A stretch of DNA of 64,000 bases from positions 474,904-538,903 of the forward strand of contig CAWJQH010000008.1 in NCBI GenBank assembly GCA_963844935.1. The letters run 5' to 3'. The translations under genes were made by a program, and so were the position numbers. Each line of letters opens with the position of its first letter. The first letter of the stretch is position 1. Source of the stretch: an uncultured Bacteroidales bacterium (GTDB lineage: Bacteria > Bacteroidota > Bacteroidia > Bacteroidales > VadinHA17). The notes under the pieces are model-generated. The model was not told where the DNA came from and did not search any database. It saw only the letters and a program-made list of their open reading frames with translations. Positions 55,921 to 64,000 of the stretch are shown here, piece after piece.

Positions 55921-58077
55921 CTATTCCTCTTCCTCTTCTCCGGCGTATGCCTTGATGACAGCGTCCTGAACCTCACCAGGCACCTGAGTGTACTCGGCAA
56001 ACTTCATTGAGAACATTGCACGGCCACCGGTGAGTGAGCTTAATGCGGTGGAATACCTGTTCATCTCAGCAAGGGGAACTTTGGCTTTAATGATCTCAAA
56101 ACCCTTTTCACTTGCCATGCCAAGCACCAGGCCGCGACGGCCCTGAAGGTCACTGATGACATCACCCATGCGGTCTCCCGGAACCATGATCTCAACATCA
56201 TATACAGGTTCAAGAATCTTGGGACTGGCGTTCTTGAAGGCAGTGCTGAAAGCATTTCGTCCTGCCAGACGGAACGATATTTCATTGGAGTCAACAGGGT
56301 GCATCTTGCCGTCATATACATAGACCCTGATGTCACGGGCATAAGAGCCTGTCAGCGGACCAACCTCCATTTTTTCCATGATGCCTTTCAGTATGGCCGG
56401 CATGAAACGGGCGTCAATAGATCCGCCGACGATGCAGTTCATGTAGATGAGCTTGCCTCCCCAGGGAAGGTCAATCTCCTGCTTGTCACGGTTGGCCAGC
56501 TTGACCTCCTTGCCGGCAATCTTCATCATCGACTTGGCTTCAGAACCCTCTTCAAAAGGCTCGATGATCATATGAACCTCACCAAACTGACCGGCACCGC
56601 CCGACTGCTTCTTGTGTCTGTAGTCAGCCTGTGACGGTTTGGTGATTGTTTCACGGTACGGGATCTTGGGGGCAATATACTGTGTCTCGATCTTGTACAA
56701 ATTATCAAGATGCCATTTCAGGATATTGAGGTGATATTCACCCTGGCCGTGGATAATGATCTGTTTCAGCTCCTTTGAGTACTCCACAATAATTGTCGGA
56801 TCTTCCTGGTGCATACGGCCGAGCGCTTCACCCATCTTTTCCTCATCGCTCTCACTGACAGGTTTGATGGCAGTGCGGTACTTCGGTGCGGGAAACATCA
56901 TTGGTTCAAAGGTCCAGTCGTTGCCCGGTGCGTTCAGTGTATGATTGGTCTTTGTGTTCTTAAGCTTGACGAACCCGCCGATGTCCCCTGCCTGTATCTC
57001 GGGTACACGCGTGCGGCTCTTGCCTGCACATACAAAGATCTGCGAGAGGCGTTCCTTGGTTCCGTTGCTTGTATTGATGACGTCAAGATTTTCGGTGATT
57101 TTTCCGGACATTACCCTGAAGTAGTTGACCTCGCCTATGTGTTCCTCTACGGTTGTCTTGAAGACGAATACCGATGCAGGACCTGCGGAAGAGCATTTTA
57201 CCTCAGCACCCTTCGAGTTTTTCGGGGCGGGTAACTCAGACGGTGCCGGAGCTGCAGAGGCAATGAAGTCAAGCAGTCTGTCAACACCGATGTTGCCTTT
57301 TGACGACACGCAGAATACCGGGAAAATGCCTCTCTTCAGCAATCCTGCACGCATGCCCCTGTTGATCTCCTCTTCCGTCAGTTTATCGTTTGCAAAAAAG
57401 AGCTCCATCAGTGATTCATCGCTCTCAGCAACCTTTTCTGTCAGGGCTGAATGCAGCTCCTCAGCTCTGTCTTTATGGTCAGCAGGTATGTCAAGTACTT
57501 CGGCCTTGCCGCCATCCTTGCCGTAACGCAGCATCTTCATGCTGATGACATCAACTATTGTGTTGAAGCCTATACCCTCATTGACAGGGAACTGTGCTAT
57601 GGTGACATTGTTGCCGAAACGGTCATGAAGCATCTCAATTGATTTCTCAAAGTTGGCTTTCTCATGGTCAAGGCCGTTAACCGTGAAGATTAGCGGCTTG
57701 TGGAACTTGTCAGCATGCCTGAAATGGATTTCAGTCCCTACCTCAACACCATTCTGGACATTTATGGTAAGCACGACAGCATCGGCAGCATACAGGGAAG
57801 AGATGACACCGCCTGAAAAGTCATCCAGCCCGGGGGTATCAATAATATTTATTTTCTTATCCCTGACCTCTGTGTACAGCACTGCGGAAAAGATCGAGTT
57901 GCGGTTTTCCTGCTCTATCGGCTTGTAGTCCGACACTGTGTTTTTTGCTTCCACGGTACCCCGTCTCTCGATGACACCACCATTGAAAAGCATCGCTTCT
58001 GCGAGGGTGGTCTTTCCTGAGCCTGAGTTCCCCAGCAGGGCAATGTTCCTGATGTGGTCTGTTGAGTATGTCTTCAT
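55921..58077 (-). CDS. elongation factor G paralogue (EF-G2-like) lacking the switch-II catalytic histidine
   Basis: 718 aa with the full five-domain EF-G layout. The P-loop reads GNSGSGKTT. Switch II reads DTPGLDDF, against DTPGHVDF in the fusA copy at 59381. Confidence 0.85.
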   Translation of the reverse strand: MKTYSTDHIRNIALLGNSGSGKTTLAEAMLFNGGVIERRGTVEAKNTVSDYKPIEQENRNSIFSAVLYTEVRDKKINIIDTPGLDDFSGGVISSLYAADAVVLTINVQNGVEVGTEIHFRHADKFHKPLIFTVNGLDHEKANFEKSIEMLHDRFGNNVTIAQFPVNEGIGFNTIVDVISMKMLRYGKDGGKAEVLDIPADHKDRAEELHSALTEKVAESDESLMELFFANDKLTEEEINRGMRAGLLKRGIFPVFCVSSKGNIGVDRLLDFIASAAPAPSELPAPKNSKGAEVKCSSAGPASVFVFKTTVEEHIGEVNYFRVMSGKITENLDVINTSNGTKERLSQIFVCAGKSRTRVPEIQAGDIGGFVKLKNTKTNHTLNAPGNDWTFEPMMFPAPKYRTAIKPVSESDEEKMGEALGRMHQEDPTIIVEYSKELKQIIIHGQGEYHLNILKWHLDNLYKIETQYIAPKIPYRETITKPSQADYRHKKQSGGAGQFGEVHMIIEPFEEGSEAKSMMKIAGKEVKLANRDKQEIDLPWGGKLIYMNCIVGGSIDARFMPAILKGIMEKMEVGPLTGSYARDIRVYVYDGKMHPVDSNEISFRLAGRNAFSTAFKNASPKILEPVYDVEIMVPGDRMGDVISDLQGRRGLVLGMASEKGFEIIKAKVPLAEMNRYSTALSSLTGGRAMFSMKFAEYTQVPGEVQDAVIKAYAGEEEEE

Positions 58078-58126
58078 CTGCGGCTTGTTATTATATTATA
58101 TATGTATATTCGTCTCGATGGGAGCG

Positions 58127-58134
58127 CAAAAATA
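58127..58134 (-). promoter_or_regulatory. candidate -7 box (TATTTTTG on the minus strand) for the EF-G paralogue
   Basis: The plus strand reads CAAAAATA, 50 nt upstream of the 58077 start. Confidence 0.3.
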
Positions 58135-58474
58135 ACAATTTTCCAAAAGAGTACATAAAAGTTGCCTTTGTTTGAAAAATATTTATTTACTTTGCAGCGG
58201 TTTTTTGAAAAACAGGAGTACCGGTCTCTCTTTCCAACTGTAAGTTTACAAAAGAGATCCAGAAGAGAGGTCGGGAAGAAAATCCTGTAAATAACTTACA
58301 AACCATAAGTTACATCTTCAGAAAACTTTGCCCTGTGGCACTGTGGCGGCTTTTTGCCGCTGCAATGAGTGGGGTGACTTACATTAAATTCAGGCAGTGA
58401 ACAGCTGCATTTTAAGATATATAGAATAATTATTGCAGATCAAACTTTAAAAGGAAATTAATTAAAAGAGAATT

Positions 58475-58849
58475 ATGCCAACAATTCAGCAGTTAGTTAG
58501 AAAAGGCCGCAAGAAGCTGGTTGACAAGAGCAAGGCACCAGCCCTTGATTCTTGCCCGCAGCGCAGGGGAGTATGTGTCCGTGTATATACTACCACGCCA
58601 AAGAAACCTAACTCAGCCATGAGAAAAGTTGCCAGGGTGAGGCTTACAAACCAGAAAGAGGTCAACGCCTACATTCCGGGTGAAGGACATAACCTGCAGG
58701 AGCACTCTATAGTACTCATCAGGGGCGGCAGGGTAAAAGACCTCCCCGGTGTCCGTTATCACCTTGTCCGCGGCGCTCTTGACACCTCAGGCGTCGATGG
58801 CCGTATGCAGAGAAGATCAAAATACGGAACAAAAAGACCAAAGAAGTAA
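58475..58849 (+). CDS. rpsL: 30S ribosomal protein S12
   Basis: Sequence [12 protein letters not shown]...[31 protein letters not shown]... Confidence 0.97.
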   Translation: MPTIQQLVRKGRKKLVDKSKAPALDSCPQRRGVCVRVYTTTPKKPNSAMRKVARVRLTNQKEVNAYIPGEGHNLQEHSIVLIRGGRVKDLPGVRYHLVRGALDTSGVDGRMQRRSKYGTKRPKK

Positions 58850-58868
58850 CAGTTAAAGGATTCACAAT

Positions 58869-59345
58869 ATGAGAAAGGCTAAACCAAAGAAGAGGATCCT
58901 ATTACCGGACCCGAAATTCAACGATCCGTATGTTACCAGGTTCATCAATAATCTGATGTTCAGTGGTAAAAAGACCGTTGCCTTCAGGATTTTTTACGAC
59001 TCGCTTGACATAGTGGGTGACAAGATGAAGAGCGCCGAGAAGTCTCCGCTGGAGATCTGGAAGCAGGCTCTTGACAATATCACTCCTCATGTCGAGGTAA
59101 AAAGCCGCAGGGTGGGCGGTGCCACATTCCAGGTACCCCTCGAGATACGGCCTGACCGCAAGGTGAGCATAAGCATGAAAAACCTTATTCTCTTTGCGCG
59201 CAAACGCACCGGCCACAGCATGGCCGAGAAGCTTGCTGCCGAAGTGATGGCTGCCTATAACAACGAAGGCGGAGCCTATAAGAAGAAAGAGGATACCCAC
59301 CGAATGGCGGAAGCCAACAAGGCATTTGCCCATTTCAGGTTTTAA
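58869..59345 (+). CDS. rpsG: 30S ribosomal protein S7
   Basis: 158 aa with S7 motifs ([16 protein letters not shown]), between rpsL and fusA. Confidence 0.97.
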   Translation: MRKAKPKKRILLPDPKFNDPYVTRFINNLMFSGKKTVAFRIFYDSLDIVGDKMKSAEKSPLEIWKQALDNITPHVEVKSRRVGGATFQVPLEIRPDRKVSISMKNLILFARKRTGHSMAEKLAAEVMAAYNNEGGAYKKKEDTHRMAEANKAFAHFRF

Positions 59346-59380
59346 TTTATTATAACCGGAGGGGTAGCGATAATAACAGG

Positions 59381-61483
59381 ATGAGCAGCGATCTCAGATA
59401 TACCAGGAATATTGGCATTATGGCCCATATAGATGCCGGGAAGACAACCCTTTCCGAGCGGATACTATATTTTACGGGCCGTGTACACCGTCTTGGCGAG
59501 GTGCATGACGGAAATGCCACCATGGACTGGATGGTGCAGGAACAGGAGAGAGGGATCACAATAACATCTGCTGCCACAACCACTTTCTGGAAATACAGGG
59601 ACGAGCTTTACAAGATCAATCTTATTGACACTCCGGGTCACGTCGATTTCACAGTAGAAGTTGAGAGATCACTCAGGGTCCTTGACGGCGCCGTTGCCGT
59701 TTTCTGCGCCGTAGGTGGCGTTGAGCCGCAGTCGGAGACCGTCTGGAGGCAGGCTGACAAGTACAAGGTACCCCGCCTGGCCTTCGTGAACAAGATGGAC
59801 CGTTCCGGTGCCGACTTTCACGGCGTGGTCCAGCAGATGATAGATAAGCTTGGGGCCCACCCGGTACCGGTTCAGATACCGATCGGCTCGGAGGAAAAAT
59901 TCATCGGGCTCATCGACCTGCTGGAGATGAAAGCCATTATGTTCGAGGAGAGCGAGGATCCGCTGGTCAACTTCACCGTGCAGGAAATACCTGATGACAT
60001 GGCTGAGGAGGCTGAGGAGTGGAGGATGAAACTGGTGGAAGCATGTGCCGAAATGGATGACTCCATCCTTGAACGTTACCTCGAAGATCACGCAAGCATA
60101 ACGCAGGATGAACTTATACGCGTGTTGCGCCGTGAAACCGTTGAGGGTGTGATCGTTCCGGTCTTCTGCGGTGCAGCATTCAAAAACAAGGGCGTGCAGC
60201 GCCTCCTTAACGGTGTGGTGGCATACCTGCCATCGCCTGTTGACGTTGGTGCCGTTAAAGGCAAGGACCCGCGCGATGAAAAGGAGGTCACCCGCCAGCC
60301 TGATGCCGATGAGCCCTTTGCAGCCCTCGCATTTAAAATAGCCACCGATCCGTACGTTGGTCGGCTGGTCTTCATGAGAGTTTATTCAGGCACAATCAAT
60401 GCGGGCGACACCGTATTGAATATAAGGACAGGCAAAAGGGAGAGGATCAACCGTCTCTTCCAGATGCATGCAAACAAACAGAACCCCGTCGACAGCGTCT
60501 CCGCAGGAGATATATGCGCCGGAGTGGGGTTCAAGGATCTTAAGACAGGCGATACGCTGTGTGCCATTCACAAGCCGATAGTACTGGAATCAATGGTGTT
60601 CCCGGAACCGGTTATCGGGATAGCGATTGAACCCAAGACCCAGTCGGATATCGACAAGCTGGGAATGGCGCTCGGCAAACTGGCTGAAGAGGATCCCACA
60701 TTCCAGGTCAAAACTGACCCCGACAGTGGACAGACAGTAATAAGCGGCATGGGAGAGCTTCACCTTGAAATTCTCGTTGACCGCCTTAAGAGAGAATTTG
60801 GTGTTGAATGCAACCAGGGGAGACCACAGGTTGCATACAAGGAGGCAATCACTGCATCATACACTCACAGGGAATTATTCAAGAAACAGACAGGCGGCAG
60901 GGGCAAGTTCGCGGACATTACCGTTGAGCTTATGCCGGCCGACGACAGTGTTCCGGGTCTGACCTTTGTGAATGAAATCAAGGGAGGCAGGGTGCCCCGG
61001 GAATATATCCCGGCTGTGGAGAAAGGATTCCGCGAGGCTATGCAGAACGGCCCTATGGCCGGCTTCCCCCTTGAGAGCCTCAAGGTTATCCTCAAGGACG
61101 GTTCGTACCATCCGGTCGACTCCGATTTGCTTTCGTTCGAGATAGCAGCAAGACAGGCATTCCGCCATGCGGCATCAAAATGCCAGCCTGTGCTTCTTGA
61201 ACCGATAATGTCTGCCGAAGTGGTCACCCCCGAAGAATACGTGGGCGACGTGGTCGGCGACTTTAACAAGCGCAGGGGCAAGGTGGAAGGTATGGAATCG
61301 AAAGCAGGTGCAAGGGTCATAAAAGCAAAAGTACCTCTGGCAGAAAACTTCGGATATGTTACAGTACTTCGTACCCTTACCTCAGGAAGAGCAACTTCAA
61401 CAATGGAGTTCTCCCATTTTGAACAGGTGCCTGCAGAATTATCGAAGAAAATTATTGAAGTAACAACAGGAAAAATTCTTTAA
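59381..61483 (+). CDS. fusA: elongation factor G (canonical)
   Basis: Motifs [14 protein letters not shown] and DTPGHVDF; 700 aa; str operon context. Confidence 0.97.
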   Translation: MSSDLRYTRNIGIMAHIDAGKTTLSERILYFTGRVHRLGEVHDGNATMDWMVQEQERGITITSAATTTFWKYRDELYKINLIDTPGHVDFTVEVERSLRVLDGAVAVFCAVGGVEPQSETVWRQADKYKVPRLAFVNKMDRSGADFHGVVQQMIDKLGAHPVPVQIPIGSEEKFIGLIDLLEMKAIMFEESEDPLVNFTVQEIPDDMAEEAEEWRMKLVEACAEMDDSILERYLEDHASITQDELIRVLRRETVEGVIVPVFCGAAFKNKGVQRLLNGVVAYLPSPVDVGAVKGKDPRDEKEVTRQPDADEPFAALAFKIATDPYVGRLVFMRVYSGTINAGDTVLNIRTGKRERINRLFQMHANKQNPVDSVSAGDICAGVGFKDLKTGDTLCAIHKPIVLESMVFPEPVIGIAIEPKTQSDIDKLGMALGKLAEEDPTFQVKTDPDSGQTVISGMGELHLEILVDRLKREFGVECNQGRPQVAYKEAITASYTHRELFKKQTGGRGKFADITVELMPADDSVPGLTFVNEIKGGRVPREYIPAVEKGFREAMQNGPMAGFPLESLKVILKDGSYHPVDSDLLSFEIAARQAFRHAASKCQPVLLEPIMSAEVVTPEEYVGDVVGDFNKRRGKVEGMESKAGARVIKAKVPLAENFGYVTVLRTLTSGRATSTMEFSHFEQVPAELSKKIIEVTTGKIL

Positions 61484-61485
61484 AG

Positions 61486-61791
61486 ATGAGTCAGAAAATC
61501 CGCATTAAACTCAAGTCTTATGATCATAACCTCGTCGATAAATCGGCAGAGAAGATCGTCAAGACAGTGAAATCGACGGGTGCAGTCGTCAGCGGCCCTA
61601 TCCCGCTGCCCACCCATAAGAAAATTTATACGGTACTCCGTTCACCGTTCGTAAACAAAAAGGCAAGAGAGCAGTTCGAACTGTCTTCATACAAGCGCCT
61701 GCTTGATATCTACAGCTCGACACCAAAAACAATTGATGCCCTCATGAAGCTGGAACTGCCGAGCGGGGTCGAAGTTGAAATCAAAGTGTGA
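61486..61791 (+). CDS. rpsJ: 30S ribosomal protein S10
   Basis: 101 aa, [17 protein letters not shown]...GPIPLPT. Confidence 0.97.
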   Translation: MSQKIRIKLKSYDHNLVDKSAEKIVKTVKSTGAVVSGPIPLPTHKKIYTVLRSPFVNKKAREQFELSSYKRLLDIYSSTPKTIDALMKLELPSGVEVEIKV

Positions 61792-61811
61792 AACCGGTAA
61801 AATACTGAATT

Positions 61812-62430
61812 ATGCAGGGATTAATAGGAAAAAAAGTTGGGATGACAACCGTTTTCGATGAGAACGGAAAGAGCCTCCCATGTACAGTCCTGGAAGTGGG
61901 CCCGTGTGTTGTATCACAGGTCAAGACCAAAGAGACTGACGGATATTCAGCATTGCAGCTCAGCTTTGGCGATAAGAAGGAAAAGTCAAGCAACAAGGCT
62001 GAGATAGGACATTACAAACAGGCCGGCACAGCACCCAAGAGGAAAGCAGCTGAGTTCGTTCGGATTCGAAGATGGAAAATATAAGAGAGGTGATGTCATC
62101 ACCGTGGATCTTTTCAATGATGATACCTACCTTGATGTAAGAGGATGGACCAAGGGCAAGGGTTTCCAGGGTGTTATAAAGCGTCATGGCTTCAGCGGTG
62201 TGGGCGGAACAACCCACGGCCAGCACGACAGACTCAGGGCTCCCGGTTCAGTGGGCGCCTCATCATGGCCTTCAAGGGTCATGCCCGGCATGCGTATGGC
62301 AGGCCGTACGGGAGGAAGAATGCAGGAAACGGAACTGAGGGTCGTCAAGATCTTCCCTGAATCAAACCTTCTGCTTGTTAAGGGAGCCGTTCCCGGTCCC
62401 AAAGGTGGTTACGTAATAATAACAAAGTGA
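61812..62430 (+). pseudogene. rplC: 50S ribosomal protein L3, split by a single +1 frameshift near 62058-62062 (almost certainly an assembly/sequencing indel, since the gene is essential)
   Basis: ORF 61812..62084 is the L3 N-terminal half ([12 protein letters not shown]...KRKAAEF). The +1 frame from about 62059 gives [18 protein letters not shown]...[33 protein letters not shown]..., the L3 C-terminal half. Its stop overlaps the rplD start. Confidence 0.9.
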
Positions 62431-63053
62431 TGGAAGTTGCAGTAATAAACATAGAGGGTAAGGAGACCGGAAGAAAGGTCAATCTCAATGACACAATCTT
62501 CGGCATCGAACCAAACGATCATGCGATCTATCTTGATACCAAACAGTTTCTTGCCAACAAAAGACAGGGCACTGCCAAATCAAAGGAGCGCAATGAGATC
62601 ATGGGCAGCACACGCAAGCTCAAGAGACAGAAAGGCACCGGAACAGCCCGTTTCGGAAGCATAAAAAACCCTGAATTCCGCGGTGGAGGCCGTATATTCG
62701 GCCCCAGACCAAGATTTTACGGGTTCAAACTCAATAAAAAGGTAAAACAGCTTGCAAGAAAATCAGCATTGTCTTACAAGGCAAAAGAGAACAAGATTAT
62801 CATTCTTGAGGACTTTTCATTTGAAGCTCCGAAGACGTCAAAAATGGCGGGTATGAGCACAAACCTCAACATAATGAATAAAAAATCGCTATTTGTTTTA
62901 CCGGAAGAAAATAAAAACATATATTTGTCATCTCGAAATTTGCAGGGAGTTGAAGTTGTAACTATCAGTGATTTAAATACTTACAACATTATGAAGGCTT
63001 CAACTCTTGTGTTGACCGAGAGCGCAGTTGATGTTTTGCAGTCAACTTTTTAA
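62427..63053 (+). CDS. rplD: 50S ribosomal protein L4
   Basis: 208 aa with L4 motifs ([31 protein letters not shown]). S10 operon order. Confidence 0.95.
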   Translation: MMEVAVINIEGKETGRKVNLNDTIFGIEPNDHAIYLDTKQFLANKRQGTAKSKERNEIMGSTRKLKRQKGTGTARFGSIKNPEFRGGGRIFGPRPRFYGFKLNKKVKQLARKSALSYKAKENKIIILEDFSFEAPKTSKMAGMSTNLNIMNKKSLFVLPEENKNIYLSSRNLQGVEVVTISDLNTYNIMKASTLVLTESAVDVLQSTF

Positions 63054-63069
63054 ACCAGGGAATTGAGAT

Positions 63070-63360
63070 ATGGAAATATTACTTAAACCCATAGTGACCG
63101 AGAAAATGACCAGTCAGGGCGAGAAGTTCAACCGGTATGGTTTTCTGGTATCGCGGAAAGCTAACAAACTGCAGATAAGAAAAGCAGTTGAGGAGCTTTA
63201 TGGCGTCAACGTTGAAACAGTGAACACCATCAACTACGGTGGCAAAACCAAGTCGCGCTACACCAAATCAGGTGTAATGGCCGGCAGGACAGCAGCAACG
63301 AAGAAGGCTATTGTCACGCTCGCCAAGGGTGAGACGATTGATTTTTACAGCAACATATAA
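63070..63360 (+). CDS. rplW: 50S ribosomal protein L23
   Basis: 96 aa, LKPIVTEKMT...KAIVTLAKGETIDF. Confidence 0.95.
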   Translation: MEILLKPIVTEKMTSQGEKFNRYGFLVSRKANKLQIRKAVEELYGVNVETVNTINYGGKTKSRYTKSGVMAGRTAATKKAIVTLAKGETIDFYSNI

Positions 63361-63366
63361 CAGAAG

Positions 63367-64000
63367 ATGGCAGTCAGAAAGATCAAGCCTGTAACACCAG
63401 GACAAAGACATAAGGTCGCGAGCTCCTTTGAGGAGATCACTCGTGACGTGCCGGAGAAATCCTTGCTCGCACCGCTGAGTAAGACAGGAGGAAGGAACGT
63501 TAACGGCAGGCGGACTATGAGGTACATTGGCGGTGGCCACAAAAGGATGTACCGTGTGATAGATTTTCAGAGGAGCAAGGATGGCGTAGCCGCTAATGTG
63601 ACATCTGTTGAATATGATCCCAACCGTTCGGCAAGGATCGCTCTTCTCACCTATGCTGACGGCGAGAAGACATATATCATAGCGCCTAACGGACTGAAGG
63701 TCGGGCAGACGCTTATGTCAGGCAAGACAGCCACCCCGGAAGTCGGGAACACACTGTTCCTTGCAGACATTCCGCTCGGTACTATAGTGCATAACATTGA
63801 GCTCAAGCCCGGCAAGGGTGCAGCCATGGCACGCAGTGCCGGCACATTTGCACAGCTGGCTGCACGTGAAGGCAAGTATGCAATCATGAAGCTTCCTTCA
63901 GGGGAGACAAGGATGGTGCTCATTACCTGCCGTGCTACAATCGGCACAGTATCGAATGCTGATCATTCCCAGGAGAGATCAGGCAAGGCCGGCCGCAAGC
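63367..64000 (+). CDS. rplB: 50S ribosomal protein L2, N-terminal part (3' end lies outside the window)
   Basis: ATG at 63367. It translates to [17 protein letters not shown]...[13 protein letters not shown]...[12 protein letters not shown]...[20 protein letters not shown], and is open to the window end. It is absent from the ORF track because there is no stop in the window. Confidence 0.95.
   Translation, partial: MAVRKIKPVTPGQRHKVASSFEEITRDVPEKSLLAPLSKTGGRNVNGRRTMRYIGGGHKRMYRVIDFQRSKDGVAANVTSVEYDPNRSARIALLTYADGEKTYIIAPNGLKVGQTLMSGKTATPEVGNTLFLADIPLGTIVHNIELKPGKGAAMARSAGTFAQLAAREGKYAIMKLPSGETRMVLITCRATIGTVSNADHSQERSGKAGRK

Noticed and set aside
58078-58474. tRNA or other known small RNA gene in the largest intergenic gap
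   Set aside because: No cloverleaf with a T-loop GTTCRANYC or D-loop consensus could be traced, and no match to an RNA family I can recognise by eye. It is kept only as a structured-leader observation.
62040-62110. Programmed +1 ribosomal frameshift in rplC
   Set aside because: I saw no recognisable slippery or hungry-codon +1 site of the known types with an upstream stimulator, and no precedent I know of for L3. Two unrelated genes in the window show the same one-base-insertion pattern, which favours sequencing error.

Overview
This is a Bacteroidota-type chromosomal segment of about 50% GC, made up almost entirely of housekeeping and envelope genes. I saw no integrase, transposase, CRISPR array, tRNA or rRNA.

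Gene content from left to right:
- ftsH 3' end, cdsA and psd.
- An oxygen-tolerance group: flavodiiron protein, Hsp20, and DUF4492-cydAB.
- pssA, and a plant-type glutaminyl cyclase.
- A tight parA-parB-DUF5683-lytic transglycosylase-(SGNH+MBOAT fusion) operon.
- A 12.7 kb block on the minus strand: GH2, a sigma-54 response regulator, an ABC exporter, dnaJ-grpE, RidA, DUF4290, a His-rich NicO-like transporter, CapA and a GH29 fucosidase.
- A TPP-riboswitch-controlled thiamine uptake operon (TonB receptor, PnuT, thiamine pyrophosphokinase).
- An amidase, then a polyphosphate neighbourhood (ppk1, SixA-like phosphatase, pfk, CHAD).
- A UvrD-type helicase and a T9SS type-B cargo gene.
- A TetR-TolC-MFP-RND efflux operon, followed by a PII-like PG0541-type protein and a large membrane Fe-S protein.
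- An EF-G paralogue, then the str/S10 ribosomal operon (rpsL, rpsG, fusA, rpsJ, rplC, rplD, rplW, rplB 5' part).

I did not find a convincing wholly new multi-gene system. The observations most worth a second look are:
- A single-polypeptide SGNH-MBOAT fusion coupled to a lytic transglycosylase.
- A REP-like palindromic terminator element present three times.
- A block of imperfect heptanucleotide tandem repeats downstream of the T9SS cargo gene.
- The PII-like protein plus membrane Fe-S protein pair after the RND pump.
- An EF-G paralogue that lacks the catalytic histidine.
- A sigma-54 activator with no DNA-binding domain.
- Three +1 frameshifts, one of them in the essential rplC. This argues that all three are single-base insertion errors rather than real pseudogenes.

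All family assignments come from motif recognition by eye in the supplied translations. No database search was run.
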